The notes beneath the pieces are model-generated. The model did no database searches. It worked only from the letters and a program-made list of their open reading frames with translations, and was not told the DNA's origin. Of a stretch of DNA of 64,000 nt, positions 27,127 through 40,059 are shown piece by piece. This DNA is from Trichosphaerium sp. ATCC 40318 (Eukaryota; Protista; Tubulinea). The position numbers were made by a program, and so were the translations under genes. The stretch's first letter is position 1. Each line of letters begins with the position of its first letter. Location: NCBI GenBank assembly GCA_038496445.1, contig JALMLS010000440.1:186001-250000 (forward strand), given 5' to 3'.

Positions 27127-27699
27127 TATACAGAAAGGAACAGTTTTATTAATACTTAGTTTTATTTAATCACTAAGTCAAAGTTGGATAAGTCACAGTA
27201 CATCGCATAGTGATTATCATTGATAAGTAGTACTCAATACGGTAATAGAATGCTAAAAAACGTGCCAACAAGAGCAAATTGTTAGCGTGTATTCTGTGAA
27301 TTGTATAACGTTCTGTTGTGTTTTGCTACAGCTTTTTGTGGGTTTTGTTTGATATGTCACTTATGTAATTGTTGTATGGCATTCATTTTAGCTTCAAGGT
27401 GTTGTAATCGAAGTAATACCCTATTAACATTCATTAAAAGAATACTTTTGAAGGTTTTGTAGTAACATACTGAGTATACCCATCTGGATTACTCTCCAAA
27501 GGGTTTGTACCTTCGACTTGTTTATTATCAGAATCAATTCAACTGTTTTTATCACGTGATTCTTTTTCAATGGTTTGTCAATGATTCGCTCTTAGCATAC
27601 AGTAACACTATACCGCTACGCCAGAATCCAATATTCTTTCACCTAAATAGTAATTGGAGGTATACGAAAGCCAATTAAAACAGAAGGCACTTGTTTTGA

Positions 27700-29810
27700 A
27701 CTCTGAAATTAACAAATTTAACTCATACCTGTGATGGTACCCAGTCTTTCAGGAAAAGGCAAAACATTACCCCAGCGCCATACTAGTAGTGTTTAGTTTC
27801 AACTTTTTTAAAGAAGGTACCATGCCCTAGATTAGAGAGTGCAACAGCTGAAAAACCCTTGAACAAATATTTGTTATCTTTTCATTATTCTCCAAGTTTA
27901 GAATGATAACACGTGAGAAGCAAAAACTTCCTTTGACCGACAGATGTCGGTGTTTTTTCTTCACTTATAGGACTGTAAGTGCAGTTTCCGAGTTGACCTT
28001 CTTTGTTGTTCCCAAAGGAAAAAACCTCACCATCATAACACAAAATAACTGCAAAGTCAATGAATGATACTCTTTCCAGGTATACAAAATTTAGAAAACG
28101 CAGGGTATTCTGGCGAGTCTTTCTTGTGAGTTGTTTCAAACTGTCTTCCATGAAAATAGGTGCTACCTGTGGATAACAAGATTATATATTGTGATCATAG
28201 GAAAAAAAAAGAAAACTTGGAACCTTCAGTTATAACTGCAATACAGCAGTAAGGGCCTGCTGATATCTGAATAAACTTGTCACCTCTAACATTGTTTTGG
28301 GTGATACAAGATTTGGGTAAGGATTGTAATGGAAAACAGTCGGATTCTTGGGTTCCTTGTCATGGTGAACAAAACCCCAAATGAACGTTGATGAAGTGAC
28401 CTTGATTACGCACACAACTGGAATATTATCCATAGAATAGTTATGGCGAGCTCGGTTGTTACCCCATAGGAGAGCCTGTCCTTGTGTATTGCAGCATAAT
28501 GTATTACTTTTCATAGTCTCGTATAAAAACAACATTGGGTTGTTTATGACGGTAGTCTATTTACAACCTTAGCGTTATTTGTAGATATTTCGTAGCACGT
28601 GCGTTTGATTACTTTCTTGGATAAAGAGCACAGATCGCCCTTGGATTTTTCTGCGACTAAGGGTGCTATGCCTAGTTTTTTGCCAAAAGTGCCATCATTG
28701 ATTATTGCTTGAAGGTTTGGAGCTGAGAAATAAACTTTGGTGGATTCTCATCTAGTATGACGTGTTTAGATATTTTGAAATTGTAGCTGTATAGGTTTAC
28801 CTGGTTCGTATATCGTAATGACAATATCCTCCGAAACAAGTCTCAAGGCTCATCTTAAAAAACAAGTTGGATATACTTTACCCCCGGAAAACATGGGGTA
28901 AAAACCAAGGGAACCAATTGAAGAAAGAAAATGTACTGTTGGTATTGTTAATATCTCTGTTTCTGATATGCCATCATCTTCACAATAAAAACTTTGAATT
29001 TCGATAGCCTGACCACGCTTGACATGCGGAGGTGCATTATAAACAGCTGTTGACTGGATCTTTGTAAAATGGTCTTTGTCCAGAACGAACCATTTCTTTG
29101 AAACATGCCATTGTTGTTTTTCCTGAATAACTGGTGATGTAGAGAGTAGAATGTACGGTTTCAAACTTGTATGCTTGCCTGTTGACATCGATTTTAGCAA
29201 GGTATTCAACGCTCAAGTAACACTGCCTATTGTATACTATAACATTAACTGCACTGTCACAAACACTGTCATAAGTCGTAAAAATATTAATGTCACGGTT
29301 GAATAACTGTCAGGTCAAATAGAGAATTGCAAATTCATCATTTGTTGTACCTTGATTCAGACGAACCACGTTCAACACCAAACAGTGCTTGCCTCAAGCA
29401 TTTTATTGCTTCTTTGTAAAAGCGTATAAAAGTAAATGCTTTTAAGATTAGAACAACTTGCATGTTGTTTGTAGCATACTAATCCCTTTAGCAAGAAGTG
29501 GTGAAAATACTTATAGGCGTTGTCTGTCGACGTTGTATTTATATGGCCAAGTGCTTTATCACAAGCCTTTTGAAGTACATGGACATGTGCTCCTGTTAAG
29601 AAGGCATCTTGAAGTGCTTTAGAAATCAGTTTACCTGCACTTTTTCTTCTTGTGTTTTTATTTTTGGACCATTTACAGATGCTACAATAGATACGATATC
29701 ACTTGTAGTAAGGGCTCAGCTACTTCGAAACTATTTGGATCACCTAGAAGCGCAGCTTTCTTGTTTTGAGATAACCTAATACCAATCTGCTTCTCCAAAG
29801 CCTATTGTAT
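27700..29810 (-). pseudogene. Degraded TPR-like + RCC1-repeat gene; boundaries approximate
   Basis: RCC1 motifs FAVILCYDGEVFSFGNNKEGQLG, GQALLWGNN, VWRWGN; TPR-like FLLKGLVCYK...YKEAIKCL; stops and frame changes. Confidence 0.45.
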
Positions 29811-30160
29811 GTTTAACTATCTCTAAACCTAAGGGCCCTTAAACCAAGACTCAGATTGAAAAGGTTTACTGTTTCTTTTGTCTACGTAAAAGGAAGGAAC
29901 CACGTGCTTTGGCTGAGTCGGGGGTATTTTCTACTTTTGACGTTTGCTATATTCTGGTGAAAGTTATTACCGAGAAACAAGACCGTGATTGTAAGGTACA
30001 TTCAAAGAATATTGTATTGATATTTTGTTTTGTGTAAAGAATGCTTTGTTTCAATTAAAAGATGGACAGCATTACCTGAAGATGATCAATGTTAACTTGT
30101 AGAGCTGTTGAAATATTAAAAAGTTTCATGGCATAAACGTCAATTGTACTTTCAATGAAT

Positions 30161-30976
30161 CTAGGGTATGCAGTCTGTTCGAATGTTATTTACATAATTC
30201 CACTGTTCATTCACTTGACCGTCTTCATGCCATGATTTAAACTCTCCCTCTCGTTTACCATTGACATAGTTAAACAGTTCTTCTAATTGTCCATTATCAT
30301 GCCAAAGCTTGCTCTCTCCTTCTGTTTTACCTTGAACATAGTAACACTGTTCATTCAATTGACCATTTTCATACCAACATCTGTACTCACCATGTTGTTT
30401 GTTATTGACATAATAAAACATCTCTTCAAGTTGACCATTCTCATACCACAGCTTATACTCTCCTTCACATCTACCATTAACAAAATGACTTTGTTCAAGT
30501 AATTTACCACTCTCAAACCAACACTTATGTTCTCCTTCTTTCTTATCATTAACATAATAAAACTTTGCTTTCAATTCTCCATTACTATACCACTGCTTAA
30601 ACTCACCATCTCGTTTATCATTGACAAAATACCACTGCTCTTCCAGCATACCATCCTTAGAATAAAATCTCTTGTATCCTTCTTGGATACCATGTTTCCA
30701 CTGTTGAGTTACAACTCTTTTTGATCTTTTACTCCGTTTCTTCCACTTGCCATGTTTTTTCATCTCTTCATCAAACCGTGTTGTTGTTGCTGTGTATTTT
30801 GATAGTATCGGCCATTTTAAGTACGATTCTGAGTCTATATCGATGATATAATGATGTAGCTCTACTGGAAGATCTAATATTCTCGTATTGTGTTCGTTGT
30901 TATGTGCGTACTCCTTGTGTATGGTTTTGTAAGTGAGAAGTAAGCTACAATTACGTACCTTTAGTTTTTTAGCCAT
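30161..30976 (-). CDS. F-box-like + MORN-variant repeat protein
   Basis: RILDLPVELHHYII, then WPILSKYTATTTRFD shared with the 23.8-kb paralog, then about 7 MORN-variant repeats. Probable in-frame 45-nt first intron. Confidence 0.85.
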   Translation of the reverse strand: MAKKLKVRNCSLLLTYKTIHKEYAHNNEHNTRILDLPVELHHYIIDIDSESYLKWPILSKYTATTTRFDEEMKKHGKWKKRSKRSKRVVTQQWKHGIQEGYKRFYSKDGMLEEQWYFVNDKRDGEFKQWYSNGELKAKFYYVNDKKEGEHKCWFESGKLLEQSHFVNGRCEGEYKLWYENGQLEEMFYYVNNKQHGEYRCWYENGQLNEQCYYVQGKTEGESKLWHDNGQLEELFNYVNGKREGEFKSWHEDGQVNEQWNYVNNIRTDCIP

Positions 30977-31465
30977 TTGACATCCAAACTACTTGTAGCG
31001 TTGCTGTAAGATATTTTTACGCCAAAACCAGTAAATCTAACGTCGTTGTGGAGTTCGCTTGGCTTAAGAAGGTTATCGAGAAGAAAGATTGTCGGCGGTT
31101 ACGTAATTGGCTGTTTTTCTGGCTGGACTTGCCAACCAAATCGCGTAAGAAATCTCATAATTTTATGCTCTTGTCCAACATTTTCTTTTTATCTAGCATT
31201 TGCTTTGTAGTTATCTGTGGGCGTAAGATATTCTTCACAAAAGTCCTTAGCCCAAATAAAAATCCAGTATTAAATGAAAAGTGCTTTCACGTGAATCAAC
31301 TATTTGTTGCTTGTTACAATGTCCTGAAATGCTCATAGTGATAAAAAATACAAGCAAAACTTACTACTTATTTCTTGATAAAACGGGTTGGTCAATTCCA
31401 TTTGGTAATTTTTATTTAAGCCAATTTGTGGTCTAACATCTAATTTGAACTAGTATTCGCTAAGC

Positions 31466-34149
31466 ATGGCTCCCAATCTGTTGTTAACGCTTTGTATTTG
31501 TTTATTTATAATTGTACCTGTTGTACAATCTAGCTGCGCTCCGTACACTCACAATGTAACTGGGACTCCATACAGGTGCGTAATTGCGTGATATTTAAAA
31601 CAAAATACTCTTTTTGTAAAACACCTTTCTCGTGATCACGTGCTTGTACGTACACTCGAAATGCACAGTAATAACCACTGTGTATTGACTAGCCATTAAC
31701 AATTTCTGTTCTAACGCTAGTAGTTTTATGTTTCACTACCAAGTGAGTTTCTTACGTTCTGTAGGTGTGATAGTGTTATTGAAGACGAAACAATTGTTTA
31801 CCTTACAGAAAACAAAACTCAAGAAGAAATACAAAGGTACTATCTTTATTCCTTAGCACGTTTTTCGTCTTTTGACTTAAACACAGTTTTTGGATTTGCG
31901 AAGAAGTTTGTCTGAAGCTCAACCTGGACTTCAAATTCACCTGCGCTGTTCACTAATTATTCATAGAGAAATTGAAAATGAGTTGAAGCTGCTAGATATT
32001 TTAGATTTCGTGGGTGGTGCATCATGCAAGCAATCAATAATTTTATTTGTTTGTCAGAGTGCTTTTAAAACATGTAATGATTCATATCCGGATGGTTTTT
32101 CTTTACCTTGCCGTGATAAATGTGAAGATATTACACCTCTATGCACTCCATTCTTGAGTCTTGGAGATGTGGATCTACCAGATTGCGATGAGTTGTCTCA
32201 GCAATGTAACAACACCAGCTCCAATTCGACATGTACCTTTTTTTTCAATCTCTAATCAAATAATGTTATCTCACCTCTCTTAGTACAAGCAAGTGAATTA
32301 CTTTGCTATCCGCCTTACCTATTTCCAGACCCTAAATCTACAGTGGAGGCTTATAGTAAGTGCTAATATTCCCAGTACTATTTACATTTCTAGATGGGGG
32401 CCCTTGTTATTCATGTCCAGCAGCTGTATTATCGCCTTCGTCACAAAGAATCTTGGATATATTCGCTGCTATTGTAAGTAGCATAGGAGCCTTTCTCGCC
32501 TTAGCGGCCTTTTTGATGTTCATTGGAAGTCCTAAGTAAGAAGAGTAGCACACATAATATCATTTGTGCACAAATCTAACGGCATTTCAGGTTTCGGACT
32601 TTCCAAACTCAATTCTTTCCGATCATCTCAGCGGATGCCTTCGCCGCAGGAATATGTGTACTTGTGTGTATACTATCACCTCAGACATTTATTTGCGAAA
32701 GCAAAGCAAGATTAGCTCATGTATGGCATGTACGATGCACCATTCAAGGCAAACAACAAATACAAAAAATTCACTTGTAACTTGTAAGTAGGAATGTTTC
32801 TTATATTTGCTGCAAATCAACTCATAGTCACATGGTGCCTTATGGCAACAAATATTGCATACATAACTATACGAGGTACCAAGCTTGTCAGTGGCAAGTT
32901 TCCATTACATTACAGAGTTGTACGTACTTTTCAAATGGCATTTATCAAAAACTTATGCCTTTCAGATTGTGACCTGTATACTATGGGGTATACAAGTGCC
33001 ATAACATTTATTTGCTTGGTGAGTGGGTTAATAGAAGCAATACCAGGAATACCATTTTGTTTCAGTACGAACAGTGCTTCTGACTTGTTGAGAGCCTCTT
33101 TTTGCTTCGGAAGGATAGAAACCTTTCTAATGTCCAACACTTAATTGATTTTTGTTAAGTTACTGTCGGGCATAGGTGGGCCCAATGGTTATTTTATTTC
33201 GGTTTCCCAATGATCCCATGTACGATTATTGGTGTTGTATCTCTTTCTTATTTACTGCACCGGTTTTATAAAGTACGATCAAAGTAGTTATTAAAAATCA
33301 AGATTGATTTCATTTTTCAAGCGACCACAAGTATCAGCAAGCTCGAAATCAAAGTCTCAAACGAGAAATCTCATCATTGCTCATCTTGTGGTTTATCTTG
33401 GTACTATACTTTATATATTAGGGCACGTGCACATAAAAAGTATTCAACCATTTTCATACGAAAAAAAAGCATGCTTAATACTTCTGCCTTCTACTGTCTT
33501 CATGCTCGCTGATGCAACCCGTCACGTCATATGTTGTCACTACCAATACTATTAAAGTCGCCATGAAGCGATTGTGATGGCAGCTGGCTCGGTCTATTGG
33601 GTTTTATGATTTGGCCAAGCTAATTTTTCTTTTATGTAGATATCGCGTGTATTCAGAGTCAATTGCTAGTGTTGCGGAAACTGATTTTAAAAGGTGTGCA
33701 CTTGAAAATATAGGCAATATAGATATATGTTTTGACAACGATATTGTTAATCTACCAGCAACGCTTATATTTATCTTTTGTCTTGGAGGTAAGCATAAAG
33801 TAGTTCTTTGTAGCAGTTTTTTCCTAAAAGCATTTTCCTTGATGAAACGATGTCACGTGATTTTCCAAAACGACAAACACTTGGTATAGATATCTGATCG
33901 ATAATTTATAGGTTCTGGCATTAGTTTATTTGCAGCATTCTTGGTTGGAAGGTAAACAAACTTTGACCTTCTTTTTCATCTAATTTTTCTAACACAGATC
34001 ATTTCGGGTTCTCATTGCAAGCTATTTTGGACCTTTCTGGAAACGCACGTTTGGTCATTTTTCAAGGAGTGACACACCAAGTACAAATTCAGAAAGTGCC
34101 ATTAATACAAAAAATGAGGGTCAATAATACAAAGAGACCAACAGTCTGA
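31466..34149 (+). CDS. Frizzled/Smoothened-like GPCR, copy 1 (apparent 1-nt frameshift near 32993)
   Basis: Signal peptide, Cys-rich Fz domain (SCKQSIILFVCQSAFKTC...PCRDKCEDITPLC...LPDC), multiple TM exons (RTFPNS, CTIQG, PFCF). Confidence 0.8.
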
Positions 34150-34781
34150 ATCTTCCAGTAGGCCATCAGCTGACTTTCTATTGTTCTTTGTAAAATCGTA
34201 AAAAAAGTTTAAAGCAGTATGATACGCTATGCGTTGGAGCAGTTATGTTAGTGGTAAACTAGAAGGGGTGCACAATGAGGTCGCATTCAAATTGCTATAG
34301 TAAAAGCAACGAATAGGTGAGTAAATATTTCAAACTAGGGATTCTATCAAAAGGCTTCATCTATTGCACGTTTTTTCTGCAATTTCTGTTTCTAAAGTGA
34401 GTAATTGTTTTCAAATTCTCCGTACACGTTTCCCCATAACACCTCTAAAGAAAAAAGAACCGGGCATATTGAACTTATGATTCACAATGTGATCACAAAA
34501 GTATCCCCGGTAAACGAAACTAGCAGTTATTTGTTTAAGGATCCTTTAAGTAGAGACATTCGTGAAAGGCATTTTGAGTTTTATTCTACAAAGCAGGGGA
34601 AACTCGGACTAACTCATCATTTTGCTTGGTATGTTCTTTGAACCATTGGAATCGTCATTGTCCCGAATAAGATACTAGCGGGTTAAAATCACGTTTATTG
34701 GAGTATTAATTGGTTCTTAATTAAGCCAGGTGTGGATTCTTATCCTTAAATCATATTTAGATGAGCTAGTGATCACGAACT

Positions 34782-37501
34782 ATGGCTCCCAATCTGTTTT
34801 TAACGCTTTGGATTTGTTTATTTATAATTGTACCTGTTGTACAATCCATCTGCGCTCCTTACACTCATAATATAACTGGGACGCCGCACAGGTGCGTAAA
34901 ATAGTGTCAGACAAACAGCAATTAAACAAAAATCAGAGCCTATTGAATTTAAAAAAAGCTACTGTCCGCTGCGTGCCCACGTGTTATACGCCGTAAACGA
35001 GTATTTTACTCAAGCGTCGTCATAATATTTATTAAAGAAACCATTTTAAACACTCGCTTCAAGCACTAATACTCCTCATTTTTTAAAACGTGTACCGCAC
35101 GTGATACTTCAAAAAAACTAAAATGGGCAAAAACTCAAGTCTGCAATTTACCATCTAATATTGTAACTAACGCAATGTAGGTGTGATAGTGCTATTGAAG
35201 ACGAAACAATTGTTTACCTTACGCAAGACAAAACTCAGGAAGAAATTCAAACGTAATTATTATTCCTCAGCACGTTTTTCGTCTTTAGACTTTTTGTCCC
35301 CTTAAACGCTCCGATGCTGTTTGGTAATTAATTATAGCGTCATTGAAAAGGAGTTCAAGTTTCTCGACGTTTTAGATTTCGTGGGTGGTTCATCATGCAA
35401 GCAATCAATAATTTTATTTGTTTGTCAGAGTGCTTTTAAGACATGTAATGATTCATATCCGGATGGTTTTGCTTCACCTTGCCGTGAAAAATGTGAAGAA
35501 ATTGGAGCTCTGTGCACTCCATTCTTGGCCCTTGCAGATGTGGATCTACCAGATTGCGATGAGTTGTCTCAGCAATGTAACAACACCAGCTCCAATTCGA
35601 CATGTACTTTTTTTTTCAATCTCTAATCAAATAATGTTATCTCACCTCTCTTAGTACAAGCAAGTGAATTGGTTTGCTATCCGCCTTACCTATTTCCAGA
35701 TCCTAAATCTACAAAGCAGTCTTACAGTAAGTGCTAATATTGCCAGTACTATTTACATTTCTAGATGAGGGACCTTGTTATTCATGTCCGGCAGCTGCAT
35801 TCTCTAACTCGTCACAAAGAATCTTGGATATATTCACTGCTATTGTAAGTGGTATAGGTGCCTTACTCGCCTTAGCGGCCTTCTTCATGTTCATTGGAAG
35901 TTCTAGGTAAGAAGAGTAGCACACATAATATCGTTGTTTACTAACACCTTTCAGGTTTCGTACTTTCCAAACTCAATTCTTTCCAATCATCTCAGCAGAT
36001 GCTTTTGCTATGGGAATATGCGTCCTTGTATGTACAATATCACCAAATGCATTTGTGTGTGAAAGTAAAGCAAGATTAGCTCATGTATGGCATGTACCAT
36101 GTACCATTCAAGGTACGTCTGAAACAAAGGTAGTAAGCATCTTGTAACAATACATAGGAATGTTTCTCATATTTGCTGCAAATCAACTCCTTGTCACCTG
36201 GGGTTTAATGGCAACTAATCTTGCATACATAACTTTCAGAGGTACTAAGCTTGTAAGTGGCAAGTTTCCATTACATTACAGAGTTGTACGTACTTTTCAA
36301 ACAAAATCACAAAGAGAAACTTATGAGGATTTTTAAGATTGTGTACTGTGTACTATGGGGTATACCAAGCGCAATAACGTTTATTTGCTTGGTGAGTGGA
36401 TTAATCGAAGCAATACCAGGACTACCATTTTGTTTCAGTACGGATAGCCTTCCCTCTTTTAGCTCTTTGTGCTTCGGAGAAAATAGCTCTGATGTTGTAC
36501 AACTATTTTCCAAATTTGTTAATTTTTGTTAAGTTACAATCGGGCATAGATGGGCCCAATGGTTATTTTATTTCGGTTTTCCGATGATCCCATGTACGAT
36601 TATTGGTGTTGCATCTCTTTCTTATTTACTGCTTCCAGCCACATTCATTGGTGTTGGATCCCTTCTCTATTTACTCTACCATTTTTATACAGTACAAACA
36701 CTTCTTTCGAAAAAGCATGATTTGACTTCATTTCTCTAGCAACCACAAGTAGCAGCAAGTTCGAAATCAAAATCTCAAACGAGGAATCTTGTCATTGCTC
36801 ATCTTGTTTGTTATCTTGGTGCTATACTTTACACATTAGGGTACGTTCACATCAACCTTTTTGATAGCACGTGCAGTCCGTTTTTCAATATCTGCTCTAA
36901 AAAAACATGTTCATTTTTTTTTCTGTGCAAGCTAATGTAGTTTTTTAGGTATCGTTTGTATTCAGAGTCACTTACTAATGTTGTGGCAACCAATTTTAGA
37001 AAGTGTGCCAATGAAAACTTAGGCAATATAGATAAATGTTTTGAGAACGATATTGTTAGTCTACCAGCAACGCTTATCTTCGTCTTTAGCATTGGAGGTA
37101 CACAAGTTTTTTCCTTTACTTTTTTTCAATTCGATTTTTCTTCATTAAGCGATCACGTGATTTTTCCAAATACGTTTAATTGTTGTAAAAATATATTACT
37201 AATCAAAAATTCAAGGTGTTGGTATTCTTTTATTTGTTACATTTTTGTTTGGAAGGTAAACAACTTTAGCCTTTTTATTTACTTTATGATTTTTTTTAAA
37301 CTTGAAGTTTCTCATTCATCTCTGACATGCCTTTTGTAAAGATCATTTCGGGTTCTCATTGCAAGCTATTTTGGACCTTTCTGGAAACAAACTTTCGGTC
37401 AATTTTCAAGTAGTGACACGCCAAGTACAAATTCAGAAGGCTTGAGTAGTATTGCTACAAAAAGAGCGTCAACAATACAAACGAGAGGATCAACAGCATG
37501 A
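34782..37501 (+). CDS. Frizzled/Smoothened-like GPCR, copy 2 (tandem paralog)
   Basis: Same exon structure and motifs as copy 1; reading frame intact at LWGIPSAIT. Confidence 0.82.
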
Positions 37502-40059
37502 ATCTTATTCCATTTGAATAATACTAAATAATAATAAAGCATGATCTACAAGTTGTATAAGTAACATTACCATCCAATATTTCTAATTGTAGCTTTTTTA
37601 TCCACAGAATTGCCTACGTTTTATATCTGATAAATATGCAGCAAAAACCATGAGAATTTGGATGATTTGAGCTAGTATTGTAAATACATGCAGTTGCACA
37701 ACAATAAAACATACTCATAGGAGCATCTTCCATCATGGTGCTTGCTATATCTAATGCATATTGTTCATGAAAAAGACAGCCAGACCAATCTTGATGCCCA
37801 GGGACGGTTAAGGACAATTAAAGCAGTTTATGGTGCAGTAATCCTCCTTGACAAAAGGCCAACCTAGGGTAGGATAAGCATTTCTCCAGCCATCATCATA
37901 ATAGCATAACTCAGCTTGATACTCTTGTCCGCCATAGTGGTAGAACTTTAGTGGCTCATCAATGATAATTTTGTAGCCATTCACAGAAACTATTTTCCTG
38001 AGTTCGTTTTCATGGAGTTGTTCTCCATCAATAAAAATTGATGTTACAAACACCATTTCTTGACCTGCTTCTCCAAGATATACTAAACATTATTAGGATC
38101 AGTATAGGGGTTGAGTGACAATGCTTACAAGTTCGGCCTAAACGCGACCATGTTGGGTAAAATCTCTTTCCATGAATTTCGCCCTGGTCATACACTGCTA
38201 TACCTTCCTATGTTGAAAGTCAATACAATGGATTTAGTGTCTGGAGGTAGGAGCTTACGTTATGATAACTTGATCGTATTCACCAGCTGGTTTAGCACCG
38301 TGAAATGTAATTGTAATGTTAGAGTTAAAACGACATGGATGGAGCAAAAGTGTACTTGTTCACCAAAACCTGTGATAAGAATGTTTAGGTAGGAGCTCAT
38401 TCAAAGAAAACGAGTCGTTTACCTTTGTGTTGGCTGGGAGAGTGATGGTTTGGTCAGAAGTAGGTACTACTGATCCAGGCCACGTGCTTTCTTCTTGCCA
38501 TAAGTTTAATCCAGCTTCATTATGCGGACAACCAACTCGTTGATAAACAGACACTTCAGGTTGTGGTCTGATGTGAAAAAATACGAGGTTAGAGTAACTT
38601 GGCTAATCAAACGTGACTTACGGTTTTCTTGCTGTTATCCTTGTTGTACAGCTTGGTAATAAACTTGATATGAATGGTGCTTCAGGTGTTTCTATACGCA
38701 TATTCTTCATTTCAAACTCGGATTGAATAAACTGTTCGGAAGCACCATTGTCAAGCCAAAATAAGAATATCCGGTAGGTTTCAATGAGAACACGTGATTT
38801 TTCAACACAAACCATTATTTTGTTACATTTTTAGAACTACGGTTACATGGTGCATACACAGTATCGCCTCCAGAGATACCTTGAGTGATTTTGAAATGTT
38901 CAATCAGTTATTTCACGTTGATTGGGCTCTTTTCGGCGCTTCTTTGGTGAGCGTACAGCGCTCCTACGTAAAATACTTGTTACAGTGCTGTTTTATGGAA
39001 AAAAAAGGTACAAAGCTCCAAACACACGAGATTTCTTGGTTAAAATAACAATGTAGCTACTTACCAACAGCTGCCTAACGCCCTTCCGTTATGAATACAA
39101 GCAATATTCATATTCATTGTCCCATAAGCCATATTCATTAATATCTCTATGCGCTGAATAAGCCCAGCTCACTGAAATGAAGTAAAACCGTTCGGAAACA
39201 ACTCCGCTGTTCTTTTATAGAGCTGCCGTGCTGTTTTTGGCGGTGCTGAAAATGCAAAAAATATGCATCCAAATGCGCATGGATGTTAGCCTTTTTTTAC
39301 ATTTGCAAAAAAAGCAAAAAGCTGTGTTATCTCGCCAAATGTTACCTCAAATCACACATAGGCTATTTTACCATTGATACAAACCATGAAAGTACATAAC
39401 ACATTTAGACAACACCTCAGTACGGCTCACAAAACAAGTAGAGAAGTTAAATACAACAGCATTCTACCTAAAACAAATAGTTAGGTGTAACCCGCCTTCC
39501 TCAGTTACACAAAATGCTTCTCCTATACTACAGAAGCCCCAAATACAAGTGTTTAGTATGGGATATTATCTATACCAATGTATACAATCTAGTGGCACTT
39601 GTAAAAGCATTTTGTACAATAAAACTGTGGAATGGTAACAAGCTTTGTTTTTCCATCAATTGTAACCCATTGCCGATACATAGGGCATCCACTGCAAAAC
39701 CTACAGTTGTTAGATATATACGAGAAGGATTATTACAGTGTCCTATTCCTATTTTTGCAAGCTCTTCTAGAACAATTTGAATACTTTAGCTGGCGTAAAT
39801 GCTGATGGTAATCTGATTGTGAAAGTGACAAAAGTTCATGACTTCGTTTGTTTGATTTGGTTTTCATCTTAATTGGCTGGTGTGTAGGGTGTAATAAAGC
39901 ATGTTTCACACACTGTCGCTCGGTTGGTGGTTCTTGTACAGTTGTGGTTGTACATCTTAATCGTTTTGATGACCTTGATGGCTTTCTTTGCTTGTGTGCA
40001 TCAATTGATAGTTTTTTATGCCACTCTCTTAAAGAGAATTAGATAAAACAATAGGCTTA

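Noticed and set aside
22753-30976. MORN-variant genes as bacterial YwqK antitoxins or an integrated giant virus
   Set aside because: The genes have spliceosomal introns, are interleaved with host genes, and no toxin or viral core genes are visible.
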